DNA of 62,886 nucleotides, the filler included, from Octopus bimaculoides (lineage: Eukaryota), in assembly GCF_001194135.2 (NCBI RefSeq). It is 4 parts of 4 records of this genome, joined end to end, with 100 filler letters (N's around TTAATTAATTAA, not from the genome) between each part and the next. Parts side by side here need not be neighbours in the genome. Positions count along the whole stretch, not along the records: positions 1 to 26,584 come from NC_068987.1; positions 26,685 to 50,962 come from NC_068982.1; 2 more parts are not named here. One strand, 5' to 3'. A program made the translations under genes and the position numbers. The notes below the pieces were generated by a model. It was not told where the DNA came from, searched no databases, and saw nothing but the letters and a program-made list of their open reading frames with translations. Shown here in pieces: positions 25,811 to 38,296 of this stretch. Numbering within the stretch: the first letter of the stretch is position 1; every line of letters begins with the position of its first letter.

Positions 25811-28488
25811 TCTCTTGCATCACTGAATATTGGGTCTTTAGATCTGCGTGTGGCACATTCCTAGAAATACTGTTTGCTAATTAGCTGAAAGCTTTCATTC
25901 AACTGAAGTTACGCTTCAAGATAAAAAGCAAGGTTTGCTTCTGGAATATGAAGAAGTGACAGGTGTCAACCGAATTAACTAACACACATGTGTATTTATG
26001 TATGTATTAGTGTTGCATGTGCATATGTGTGAGTACGCATACATGTGTGTGTGTGTGTACGCATGTATGTATGTATATAAACGTATATGAATGTATATGT
26101 GCGAATATATGTATGTGTATGTATGTGTGAGACTATGTGTATGACTATGTGCATGTGTGTAATTGTGCGTGTTCATAAGTGTAAAGACGCTAAACAAGTT
26201 AATACATTCTAATTTTGCATGGAGGAAAGAGGGTGGAAGCAGATAAAGATTAATGATAGCGTAAGCAACAATTTGGTGATGTCTATGACCGGAGCCTTAA
26301 AAATAGGAGGCGAGGGTGGTGGTGGTGTGGGGTGTAAAACGAAGGTTAATCACTTCAGAACATCTCGGCACTTCCGGTCATCCTTATCTTGTCAGATATG
26401 AAGTTAATATTGAATGCAAGCTGATTAGGTCGGCAATCGTGAAGTTAGTAGCGACGTAATCAATCCTGCCAACAAGACTTCTGAAAAGAGCCAATAAGAA
26501 AGAGTCTACACAGTCGCTTGACTCGCCTGAAATAAATACTACTTCTTTATCAAACCACACTTTACAGTTTTAAAAAAACAAACANNNNNNNNNNNNNNNN
26601 NNNNNNNNNNNNNNNNNNNNNNNNNNNNTTAATTAATTAANNNNNNNNNNNNNNNNNNNNNNNNNNNNNNNNNNNNNNNNNNNNATATAAGTAGACATAT
26701 TTTAGCATGATACAACAGTAATCTTCAACATTCGGTCCATTCATTGAACGCAAAGTGTAACCGTATCTCCTGGGAAATAAGTAAAATGAATCCAAGTTCA
26801 CTAGATTTTATAAAACCGCTTTTATAAAACCGTAAAATAAGAGTGCATGCAACATGTGTAATTATGCATTTTTCAAATCGCTTTCTCGTGTGTTTTGATT
26901 ATATCTAAAGTAATCGGTGCTGCAGTATATATATGTTTCTTATAATAAAGCACAGTTCAATAGTTTAGCAGATAGCTAGAAGGGGCTTCAATAGGAAATA
27001 TAATTTTATATAATGTGTTGTAGATTTTCAAATAAAAACTAAATATCAGTTTTTCATTGCAAATTCATTTTGATTAGAAATCTTATTTGAGATTCCACTC
27101 TCCCGAAAGCGAAAAAGCTAAGTAAAACTGAATTTCTAATATGACAGTTTTCTTTTACTATGTTTCTATTGTTCTTGTCTGTTATGAATATATTCTGTTT
27201 CTAGCAGCACTTTTAATATGCCTTTATGTTAATATATATAATCTGGGATGGGTTTTTCCTTAGTTAATATACAGAAGTATTATATCAAATTATAAACCTA
27301 TATACACTGCAACTCTCAATAAAATATTACAAAAAAAAAGGAATAATATTGGTGTGAGCATGTGAGAATGACAGAAAAAGAGAGAAAGAGAGGAGGAAAC
27401 GTGTGACACAGAGAGAATGGGAAAGAGAAAAGAGAGAGAAAAGAGAGAGGGAAAAAAGAGATAGAGAGACTTGCACCTCAATGCAAATTGAGAAGTTTAT
27501 TCTTTTACATCATTGACGTGTACCAAGTGCCATTTCCTGCCTTGCCACACGTATCGTCCTCCATCATCGGACAGTCTGATGACAACAGGAAATCCACAAT
27601 TTCAAGTTCACTTTAAACGTTTTTATCCTGAAAATAAATAGATATTTACACAAATGAAATGGCCAATACATCAGTCCAATGCTAAATTATTTTTATATAT
27701 AACTTGACATAAAATCACGCATTTATACGCACACACATACACACACACATAAATGAGTGCGTGTGTGCCTCAGTGTGTGTGTGTGTGTGTGTGCGTGTGT
27801 GTGCGTCTGTTATATTAGCTATTAGCGACTTAATCAAGCTTTGTAACGAATATTAAAGTGCACTTTCAACTTAAATTGGATATGTTTTTAGAACATATTA
27901 AACTGTAGCAAACATCACCGAAGATCATCTCGTGTAGATAACAAGCGCTAAAAAGCATCGAAAATTCTCGTCAGCACCGGCAGATGTTACTGTCGTATTG
28001 CGTTATTTCACTGTAAATTGCAGATCAACAACAGCAGCAAGGCAAGCTTTCAATAAAGCATGTGGATTCGCTAAATAATATTCGTTACAAAAATTGAGTC
28101 TGTCACTCACAGCTCACTTATTAACAGCCCGCCAGCTTTTCGCGTCATCACTGGCTGTGTGGCCAGTATAATATTATATTATTGTGTGGCCAGATGTTAT
28201 CAGTTTGGCTCATTTTCGATCTCATATTCGAGGCTTGTCAGTGTGGAAGGAAATTATGTATCAACTAAATGTGTAGCTCACACACATCTGAAGTAAAAGC
28301 ACCATCTTAACCGAAACTCCATCTTGTTACAAAAGGTAATTAACATCCAAATATCGAAATATAACGTATATTGTAAACTGGTATTGTGATCTCATTACAT
28401 TTGTTTTCACACCTATTTACTTCTGAACAAATTTTCTATTTAAATAATGCATTGAGAGATAGATAGATAGATAGATAGNNNNNNNNNN

Positions 28489-28535
<47 letters not shown>

Positions 28536-28799
28536 GATTGAAAGATATACATGTATATACATATATATATAGTAATTTTAAAATGCCGTTAAGAAATCTG
28601 ACGTCATACGACGAGAGAAGAAGAGAAGGTAGGGAGAAAGAAAATGAAAGCAGTAACGAAGGGATAAAGAAATAGAAGTTTAATGACAAATGGATAGAAA
28701 TGATAAAGGAAAGAATAGGATGTATTGAATGAAAAGAATAAAGTAAAAGTTGCAGATTAGGAAAGGTACAGATATTTTTTGAAACAGCTGAATGTGTGT

Positions 28800-31030
28800 C
28801 TTTTTTCCAATGTAAACACTTGTAAGCATCCTCTGTATAGGGGTTGACAAGTCTGTTTGGAAAAAAATGTTAAATAGTTATTCATCCGTACAAAGAGGGT
28901 AAAAGCATTTGCCTTTATCATAATGGAACGATCTTGACAACATTTTCCAGTCCAAAGAAAATGTTTATTACAGACTTTGAGATGCCAAATTAGTTTTCTA
29001 AGACCTGTAGTATTACGTTTATTAACATATTTAAGTGTAGAAAAATCATTGACTATGCGTATTTTTTTGTTTTTTTAATTCAATGAAGGAAAGTCCGAAA
29101 AATATATTCTTTAGTTCCTGAAGATAATTTATATTGATAAACATTTTTAATTTTGCAATTTCCGTTGGGAACGCAAGTTTTACTCGGACCACAATTACAA
29201 GTAATATTATTATTCATATTCTTATTCAAGAAGTGGTTATCATTACTAATGTTATCATTATTATTATAGGTATTAAGCGAAACCTTTTTGCCGTTAAGAA
29301 TATAGTTGTTATGTGAAGAGATAGTTTGTAAGAGATTATTAGCGCGAGAAGAGCCAATTCTGATACGATGTGAGTTGGGAACAGAGTGGTACCTCGAACT
29401 TTTGGGGAAGTTCCTTTCGATGGCTTTACGAAACATGTAAGGAAGGTTACTTTTAATTTGTTTACCGTATGGAATAACAAATCAAATAGTTTTACTAGGG
29501 TCATGCAATTTATAGGAATCTTTCTCCTTAAAAATCCTGGATTTTTTTTTATTTCTACAGAAGAGTGGGGTAAAGTTACCTCCCTTGGATTGCATAGTTT
29601 TAAACTTACCAAGATTATGTTTTTGACTAATTCCATATAAGGAAGAAACATTATGAGTATTATTATTATTAGTAGTAGTACAACTACTATCAACTCAATT
29701 ATTAGTGGTTAAACTAGGATCAAGAAGGTTATAAAACTTAATTTGCTCCTACCTTTGATAAAGACGGATTATAGAAATCAGCATTATTACTGAAAATGTT
29801 AACCTTGGAGATTCTAAGCGAAATGTTTTAACTAGATATTTTTTTGTATTAGTAGGATGATTCCTAAAAAAGACTGATACACTTTAGATTGGTTGAAGGT
29901 TTATGGCATGGGAAATACAAAGCTGTATTTGAGTGTAAGGTCAAGGAAATTAACTTTTGTTCTATCATCATCAAAGCTAATACTGAAGTATTTAATTGGA
30001 TTATTTTTACCATCTCATTTTCTATTAGAGGTTTTTGGAGGTAAAGAAGACCATCATCGCGATATAATCCAGCGATGATATATGGGAATTGGCCAGCCAT
30101 TTTGAATAGAATATAAATACCGACCAGGTCAGAAACTTGGGTAGAGTCGCTGGCCCCATTGTTATATCACAGCAATCAGGTCCATCTTTTCGAACCCCAA
30201 ATTTATTATCAAATTTTATAGTATATATTCTAGCTGCTAAAACAACAGTACTTTCATCTCGGGTGAGGTCGGATTTATTATGCGCGAAACATAGGGCTTT
30301 GATAAGGATGATGGGATTAATAGAGTAATAATAGCTACATATATCAATTTGAATAAATTTAGGGTTTATTTTATTACCAATAGAGTTGAACTGGTCTACT
30401 ACTTGGAATGAATTTGACCATGAATTAAGTTAATTTTTTTTTCATTAAAGAAGGAATAAACTTATCAAGAATATTTTTGCTAAATATACCGACATCAAAG
30501 CTGTAAGGACAGATAAGTCGGAGAGTTGGATTATTGAACAAGTTAGGCTTATGGTCCTTTAAATTATAACGGGATTGCTTTTGATTTTAAGATTTGGTCT
30601 TCATTTGTAAGTTATATTTTTCCATAATTTTCTTAGCTTCCAGGTTAGATTTTCTGATAGCATTTGTACCAGTATTTTTTGTATTCCTTTCCTCAGTATT
30701 TTTTCTTTTTTTCTTGTTTTTTTGTATTCCCTTTCTAGGAAATAATCCGTGCTTAAGTGATACAGATTGACAGTTTTATCGGATTGAACAAGTAGACCTT
30801 CCATGCTGTTTATTTCCTCGCTAAAATTATGTAGATATCTGAGATGTGTTTTCCTTAAGGGAGAACGATAGAATTTAACATTCTTAACAATAGACCAGAA
30901 GCCAGCATCAAACTGTTTTAATCCTGCGTTAGGATGAGGATTATTTTTATATTTGAAAAACTCACTAAATTCAGAATTTTGATCATTGGAGGTGGGTTTA
31001 ATATCTTTATTATCGAAGAAGAAAGCTTGC
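28800..31030 (-). mobile_element. Decayed Naiad-type Penelope-like element (RT + GIY-YIG pseudogene)
   Basis: Minus, in order: LKQFDAGFWSIVKNVKF..LLVQSDKTVNLY; NNPTLRLICP..ILDKF..VVDQF; KFIQIDICSYYYSI..KAL..DITMG; GLYRDDGL (RT YxDD); TCNCGPSKTCVPNGNC..VYQY; LIWHLK..PLC. Confidence 0.85.
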
Positions 31031-31044
31031 TGCCTGATGCGATA

Positions 31045-31241
31045 TACTACAGGCGCGAACGTAGCTGTGTTCAGAAGATTGCTTCCAAACCACACGGTTC
31101 TCGGTTTAGTCCCACTGCGTGGTACATTGAGCAAGTGTCTTCTACTATAGCCTCGGGCCGACCAAAGATTTGTGAGTGGATTTGGAAGCTGGAAAGTGAA
31201 AGAAACCGTCTTATATATACACACATACACACACACACACA

Positions 31242-31277
<36 letters not shown>

Positions 31278-31515
31278 TATCATTGTGTGTGTGTGTTTGT
31301 GAGTCTGTTTTTGTTTCCACCACCACCATCGCTTGACAAAAGATTCTGGTGTGATTACGTCCCCGTAATTTAGCAGTTCAGCAAGATAAACCGATAGAAT
31401 AAGTACTAGGCTTACTAAGAATAAGTCCTTGGGTCGATTTGTTCGACGACTAAAGCCTGTTAAGGTATTGCTCCGGCATGGCTGCAGTTAAATGACTGCA
31501 ACAAGTAAAACAATA
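31045..31515 (+). mobile_element. SINE family C, full copy with internal microsatellite
   Basis: Head gtagctgtgttcagaagattgcttcc..cccactgcgtgg; central (CA)/(TACA)/(TG); tail atggctgcagttaaatgactgcaacaagtaaaac. Confidence 0.88.
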
Positions 31516-32124
31516 AACGAATGATGTTGCAAGAAGTTAAGATCAACAACAGAAGTACTTCATCTGGTTAAGATGTTTTTAATTGTTAATACCTTCAATG
31601 CTTTGTTAATGCGATTTATTATCTTTGTTATCTCTTTTGTTGACAATATACTTAAAATTAGTATTGTTAGTAGATATATGTATTACTTTCTACTACTGAT
31701 ACAAGTATTGCTTACTGCCTTTGCCTCTATGCTACTACCATCACTCTTGACACCACCACCACGACTACAAAACCACCAATGTTGCTGCTGCCGCTACATC
31801 GACTGTTATTGCAGAAATAATAACTACTGCTACTACTATTACCACATCTACTGCTGCTACTATTAGTATTTCTCAAAATGCCCTGTCCGCAGTATCACTC
31901 CTTGAAACTTTCAATCACCCAACTGACATTATATTTTTGGCGAAAAATGGTTCACAATGAAGATATAATGAAGAGAGGGGGAAAGAAGGAATAAATGTAA
32001 GACAGCTGATACTAAACATCAATGATAAGTTTGGTACATCTTTGGACACCCAACAAGAACGACTGACTTATGCCAATGATCACAACAACATCGACAAAAG
32101 ACGCATTCGTAGTGATATATACTT

Positions 32125-32993
32125 TTCTTTTGTTTGCTTTTTACTTATTTCCGTCATCAGATTGTGGCCTACTGGAGCACCACCTTGGAGAATGAATTCA
32201 CCCCAAGACTTATTTTGTAAGCGTGGTTTTATTTTATCGGTCTTTGGTCAGACCCCTATGTCATATTGATGTAAACACATCAGTACATGTTGTCAAGCGG
32301 TGTTGGGGAACAAATAGAGACTCAAAGCCATATACATATANNNNNNNNNNNNNNNNNNNNNNNNNNNNNNNNNNNNNNNNNNNNNNNNNNNNNNNNNNNN
32401 NNNNNNNNNNNNNNNNNNNNNNNNNNNNNNNNNNNNNNNNNNNNNNNNNNNNNNNNNNNNNNNNNNNNNNNNNNNNNNNNNNNNNNNNNNNNNNNNNNNN
32501 NNNNNNNNNNNNNNNNNNNNNNNNNNNNNNNNNNNNNNNNNNNNNNNNNNNNNNNNNNNNNNNNNNNNNNNNNNNNNNNNNNNNNNNNNNNNNNNNNNNN
32601 NNNNNNNNNNNNNNNNNNNNNNNNNNNNNNNNNNNNNNNNNNNNNNNNNNNNNNNNNNNNNNNNNNNNNNNNNNNNNNNNNNNNNNNNNNNNNNNNNNNN
32701 NNNNNNNNNNNNNNNNNNNNNNNNNNNNNNNNNNNNNNNNNNNNNNNNNNNNNNNNNNNNNNNNNNNNNNNNNNNNNNNNNNNNNNNNNNNNNNNNNNNN
32801 NNNNNNNNNNNNNNNNNNNNNNNNNNNNNNNNNNNNNNNNNNNNNNNNNNNNNNNNNNNNNNNNNNNNNNNNNNNNNNNNNNNNNNNNNNNNNNNNNNNN
32901 NNNNNNNNNNNNNNNNNNNNNNNNNNNNNNNNNNNNNNNNNNNNNNNNNNNNNNNNNNNNNNNNNNNNNNNNNNNNNNNNNNNNNNNNNNNNN

Positions 32994-33026
<33 letters not shown>

Positions 33027-33162
33027 GACGGGCTTCTTTCAGTTTCCGTTTACCAAATCCACTCAGAATCTCTTCATCTGCTCCAGACTATAATAGTTGA
33101 CACCTGCGCAAGGTGCCACGCGGTGGACTGAACCCGGAACCATGTGGTTGGGAAGCAAGCTT
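32125..33162 (-). mobile_element. SINE family C, 3' portion of a split copy (contains gap)
   Basis: Minus starts abruptly at aagcttgcttcccaaccacatggttccggg; the missing head is at 34893-34929; tail at 32125-32340. Confidence 0.85.
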
Positions 33163-34892
33163 CATTATTTCATGAGATAGGCTATTACGGCCTTATATGT
33201 AGAAGACAGCACAAGGTGGGGACAAAAAAATACGAATGGGAAGTATGAATTATATATAATGTAATATGAAATGAAACCGTTCGGCCCCATCTCCGAGCGA
33301 GTTTATTAAACATGTTAATACAACCTGTTAATATAACTTTCTTTTAAAACACTAGTTTATAATACCATTTTTAGCGACAGCTAATTTCCATCCGTCCGAA
33401 GGATGTTTATTATTGTATTTCTTTAACATATCAAAACAGCTTAACCGTTCCAGCATCATGCTGGTGTCCATTTTCCTGACCCACCACTCAAAGTCCTTGA
33501 ATCTCAAACGGTACTCTGGGTCCGCCACCGCGCCCCTTCACTACTATTACATCGACCTTTATCACTCCGTCCCACGAGTCTATCTCATTCTGAAGTTCTT
33601 CTTTTTTTCCATTGTATAGTATGACATGTTTTTCATGCCGAGGGTGGAGAACTTTGGGTCTCTTGTGTGCTCGTGATTGTCTTCATGTCAGACGGTGCAT
33701 GGAGAGGGCTGGTGTCTGTAGGGAGTGGTTGGGGTAGATTGGGTGTGGGTGGGTGTCGGGTGGGTGAGGATTGTGGGTCATCATTTACAACGTGTGCCTT
33801 TTTTCCACTTTCTTCTTCTTTTCACTAGCTGTTTCCCATCCATTATTCACCTCTTCCCCCTCCTCCTCGACGCTGGCACTGATCTTTGTCTGTGGTGCAG
33901 TTTCAATCTCCTTCTCGCTCTCGTCCTTCCCTTCAGCCTCAACGGGTGAATTTTCTTTTCGTTCTCGTTCTTCTCTCTGGTCTTCATGGTTGGTGCAGAA
34001 TATGCCGCTCTAATTTGGCCTTTCAGGCCACAATTATGGCACTGCAGAATCCTTCCTTCCTCTCTAACTCTGAGTTTTGCTTCTCCGACCGTGATGGTCC
34101 CCACCATATTTTCGATGTTTTCTGAGTACTATCAAGTACTATCTGTACTATCATGTCTAGGTTCTGCCCTTGCCAGTTCCTGTGGAGTATTCTAGTGGCC
34201 TGTACGACCACTACCCTCTCCTCCATACCTAGCAGTATAGCAGCTACCAGCCAGGCTACATCCACGTCTGGTGGTAATTCTTCTACCCTAACCCCGGAAG
34301 CACGTCTCCCAAGGTATACAGATAGAAGCACCACTTCGTTTGTTTTTAACGGTGTTGCTGAGTGCAGCCTGGTAGTAGCTACGTCCCGAAACTGCACTTC
34401 CACTGTTCCATACTTTCTTCCGCTGGTAAAGTAGGAAATCCGCTGCCAGCTTGGTTTCAGTGCTTTTCCCACTTGAGCCGTTGACACTACTTCAATCCCT
34501 CTGGCTGCTACCGCGTACGTCCTGTAAATTATCGTTTTTTCATTCTTTTCTTTTAAGACATTTTTGTGGGGTGGAGGGAACAACTTCACTTGGTTTCCCT
34601 CCCTTTTAAGTATTTTCTTGAATTTGCATAATTCTTCCAGACTCACATCTTCACTTTTTTCTTTTGCCGCTTCCGCATAATTTAGTATCTCATAGCCTCG
34701 TCAATTCTTTTTAGATTTTTCACCAATTCTTCCTTGGACGATATAAAGTCTGAAGAAGAAGAGCTCCATCTTTCGTAATTTATAACGCTTCTACGACGTT
34801 CTCCAATTAAACAAGCGAGAAGACGTCGCACACCACCGCTGCAAGACACCCAAAAACACGCATTTCAAGCAAAGAAAACCGTCCGAACAATC
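33163..34892 (-). mobile_element. ORF1-only L1/Tx1-like non-LTR element with 12-bp TSD
   Basis: Bounded by ggaagcaagctt at 33151-33162 and 34893-34904. Decayed ORF: NYAEAAK..SLEELCK..RKYGTVEVQF (RRM-like)..(fs)..QCHNCGLKGQIRAAY (degenerate CCHC knuckle). No APE or RT motifs seen. Confidence 0.8.
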
Positions 34893-34929
34893 GGAAGCAA
34901 GCTTTTTACCACACAGCTACGCCTGCGCC
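34893..34929 (-). mobile_element. SINE family C 5' head of the split copy
   Basis: Minus ggcgcaggcgtagctgtgtggtaaaaagcttgcttcc. Confidence 0.85.
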
Positions 34930-35554
34930 TTCGATATATTCAAGAATATTCAGATGTAGCAGTTTTGAGCAAAGGACGGTCTTTGTGTTTTCCTGAATGG
35001 CTAAATTATGACTTCCACGCTGCATTCATTTCAGTTTCAGCACACGATCTCCGATCAAAATACTGAATGTGTGTGTGTGTGTCTGTGTGTATGTGTGTGT
35101 GTGTGTGTGTGTGTGCGCTTAAGTGCTTGTCTGTGTGCGTGTGTACAATTTCATTAGTGGTAGAAGTACGTGAATAATATCGTGGAGAACAGAAATCTAG
35201 TTTATATGACAGCACTCCGTACATTGAATAGTAATGCCATGAATATGTGTAATTCTAGAAGTTTCAGTCAAGAAAGCAGAATAAACTCCGATATTCATGA
35301 ACTAGAAGAACAAATATCTTCCTCAGTGATAAATAGTCGTTCGTCATACATTATTTATTGTCATTCTTAACTAGATACTTCCAAATACGCACAAGTACAC
35401 ATGCATACACACATACGTACATTTATACATGCGTGTATGTATGTGTGTGTGTGTATATATATGTGTGCACGTGTGTGTCTGCGTGAACAAAGGTGCATAA
35501 TGTATCCGCGCTTAAGATCGTAAACGCTTACCTTGTATTACCGAAAGTTACTAG

Positions 35555-35660
35555 GAGTTCAATATAAAACCTTGGGCAAGTGTCTTCCAATACAACATCG
35601 GGGTGGCCTAAGTATTGTGAGTGAATTTGGTAGACGGAACTGAAAGAAGCCCGTCGGACA
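35555..35660 (+). mobile_element. SINE family C fragment
   Basis: accttgggcaagtgtcttc...ggtagacggaactgaaagaagcccgtcg. Confidence 0.7.
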
Positions 35661-35789
35661 TGTATAATTCTATTTCTTATGTTACGTTCGTCCGATAGTC
35701 GAAATATCTTTTCTTTTTGTTATTCCTTTGTGTTTGTATATGTACATTCGTTTGCCTTGCTGAAGGGCTAAATGCCTTCAGCTTCAGCC

Positions 35790-35977
35790 CTTGGCCCAAC
35801 TGGTTTCGAGTCGTATCGGAGAGTATTGGGTGAAACTACGTAGACATTCCAGACTCCGACAGATGAAGCAATTGGCTGCGAATGATCCGTGTATCTTGTT
35901 TTGTCCTGTTTGCTGTTATTCTGCTATCGTCCTTTTCTTCTTGTTACGTTTTGATGATTTCTGTTCGTTGTGTTTTT

Positions 35978-35985
<8 letters not shown>
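35790..35985 (+). repeat. P2-related interspersed repeat
   Basis: Shares GAAACT..AGAC..cgaC(A)GATGA..GAATGAtccgt and a pyrimidine-rich tail with 11036-11190. Confidence 0.45.
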
Positions 35986-36013
<28 letters not shown>

Positions 36014-36032
36014 NNNNNNNNNNNNNNNNNNN

Positions 36033-36065
<33 letters not shown>

Positions 36066-37751
36066 GTGGGGGATGTAAGCATACAGTAAGTTACTGCCAC
36101 TTATTCTGGAAGGTTAATTCAAATATTCTGTGTTGTTATAAACACAATTTCTTTGTAAACTTATCGACTCAGCTATTCAGTATCGCTACATTTAAAATGT
36201 TATCTTCTAACCAAACTTGCCTTAATCCACGCACATCCACTAAATCGGTGTAATTTAGAAGAATTATATTGACGCAATGATTCGCTATTGATCGTTCACA
36301 CAGACCACCATAGAAATAAAATATCCAGTGAAGAAAACATTATCATTCAAAATAACTATAACATGGAATGATATTTTGCGTCATTGTAATTTGGGAGTGT
36401 CTTAGACAGAGAGATCTTCTAGAAAAGTTGGTTTACTTTTTAGTAAGTAGCGATATCGGTAATACTGTGAATCAACATCTTCACGTGAGAGTTAAATTTT
36501 CAATTTTTCCCGTATCTTTCTCATTCCCAAGATGGTTCTCGTATTCATGATTTGTTATTTCTAATGATTACTATCATTGTATCTCTTGAAAAACTGAACC
36601 ATTATTGAAACATCACTACAATGATTGTGAATATTTTGTTTATACATCGTTTCAAATCTCACTGCCAACGCAAATATTGAAGATAAAATAAACAAATCGA
36701 TATATTTTAATATCATAACCATTTTTTTTTTTCATTTTTACTTTACAGCACAATATGTGTACACGATTTACTGTGAAAGTATGCTTACAAACACACGCAC
36801 ACAAACACACACACATACACACACAGGTATGTGTATTCTTGGTAATAACTGTGTTAAACTGTATTTAATACCACTTTCTATTATAATGCTGCTATATTGC
36901 TAAGGTAGAAATTCCTTCGGAAAAGAATGTTTATCTTGCGCTACCAAATATTGTCTTTTAGGTTCTAATTTTACTTGTTAATTTATTCTTTATCATTAGT
37001 AGAGAATATTTTGTAACAATATTTACTGTTTGCAATAGAGTTTTAATTAACTTATAAATTTTATGTACTTATATAAACTTAAATGTGTTACATGGTAAGT
37101 AGAAAGATTACAGTATGTTTCATGCAGTTGTGCATAAATGAAATAACTATCTTTAGAGCGCTAAGTTGAGCAAACTTTTTCTGAATTTAGATTTTGCGCA
37201 AGCGCAGCTTATAATTTTTGATACTGAGCGAGAATAAGTGTACAAAATTGTCGCTGAGTTTCGAAAATTCTAGGCTACGCCGGCGTAATATCCGAAAACA
37301 TTTCAGCACATTTCGATGACTGCTTGAAACTCAAATGTTTATGAAGAAGCCTTGTTGAGACAGCTGCCTCAACATTTTTTCTAACTTTTCTAGCTAAATA
37401 TACTTTTCTAAGTGCTCCCTAGAGCATCTCTCTCTCTCTCTTTATCACTCCCTCTTTCTTTCTCTCACTTTTACTCGTTGTTATCTCCTTATCAATGTAT
37501 CTCTCTTTTTCTCTCTCATCTGGCAACTAGATAACGAAGACCATTTCGTTAAAGTTATAGACCATATCTTACGAAGAAACATTCTTCTGGAAGTATTTCA
37601 GTACACATCGAGTAATACCACTCAAACACTGGATAACAAGTAGTTCTCACATTTCAAACATTATGATCCATCTGTTACTATTCTGTGGAGAAACAAAAAC
37701 TGTGTGACGTACTCTCCCTCAAAATCTTATACATTCATTTCTGCATTACAG

Positions 37752-37842
37752 TAGTTGGCACCTGGATCCCGTATTTTGAGACATTTACTTATGTGTCTCG
37801 TGAAACTGTTCCTCAGATGTCTTCAACCTGCATAGAACGTGG
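37752..37842 (+). CDS. Candidate internal exon (unknown protein)
   Basis: tttctgcattacag acceptor, open frame VGTWIPYFETFTYVSRETVPQMSSTCIER, GG|gtatta donor. Phase compatible with 39754. Confidence 0.2.
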
Positions 37843-37912
37843 GTATTAGTGCTGTCTATAGAGAGTTGTCGTGAACGCTAGCTTTGTATCTATTATGCTT
37901 ATTCCTATGTGA

Positions 37913-38296
37913 GTGGAGGTGCAATGGCGCAATGATTAGAGCAGCGGACTCACGGTCGTAGGATCGCGGTTTCGATTCCCAGACCGGGCGCTGTGAGTGT
38001 TTATTGAGCGAAAACACCTAAAGCTCCACGAGGCTCCGGCAGGGGATGGTAGCGAACCCTTCTGTACTCTTTCACCACAACTTTCTTTCACATTTACTTC
38101 CTGTTTCTGTTGTGCCTGTAAGTCAAAGGACCAGCCTTGTCACACTGTGTCACACTGAATATCCCCGAGAACTACGTTAAGGGTACACGTGTCTGTGGAG
38201 TGCTCAGCCACTTGCACGTTAATTTCACGAGCAGGCTGTTCCGTTGATCCGTTCAACTGGAACCCTCGTCGTCATAAGCGACGGAGTGCAAAACAA
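37913..38296 (+). mobile_element. SINE family A, full copy with 12-bp TSD
   Basis: TSD attcctatgtga at 37901-37912 and 38297-38308; tRNA-like head. Confidence 0.93.

Noticed and set aside
28800-31030. Selenocysteine recoding as reported for some Naiad elements
   Set aside because: No TGA at conserved Cys positions in the readable motifs and no SECIS identified; the stops look like ordinary decay.
31530-31660. Possible second Naiad RT fragment (STKEITKIINRINK...STSVVD) on minus
   Set aside because: Short, AT-rich and interrupted; similarity too weak to call.
35170-35370. 66-aa protein-like ORF
   Set aside because: No ATG start, splice context or recognisable motif.
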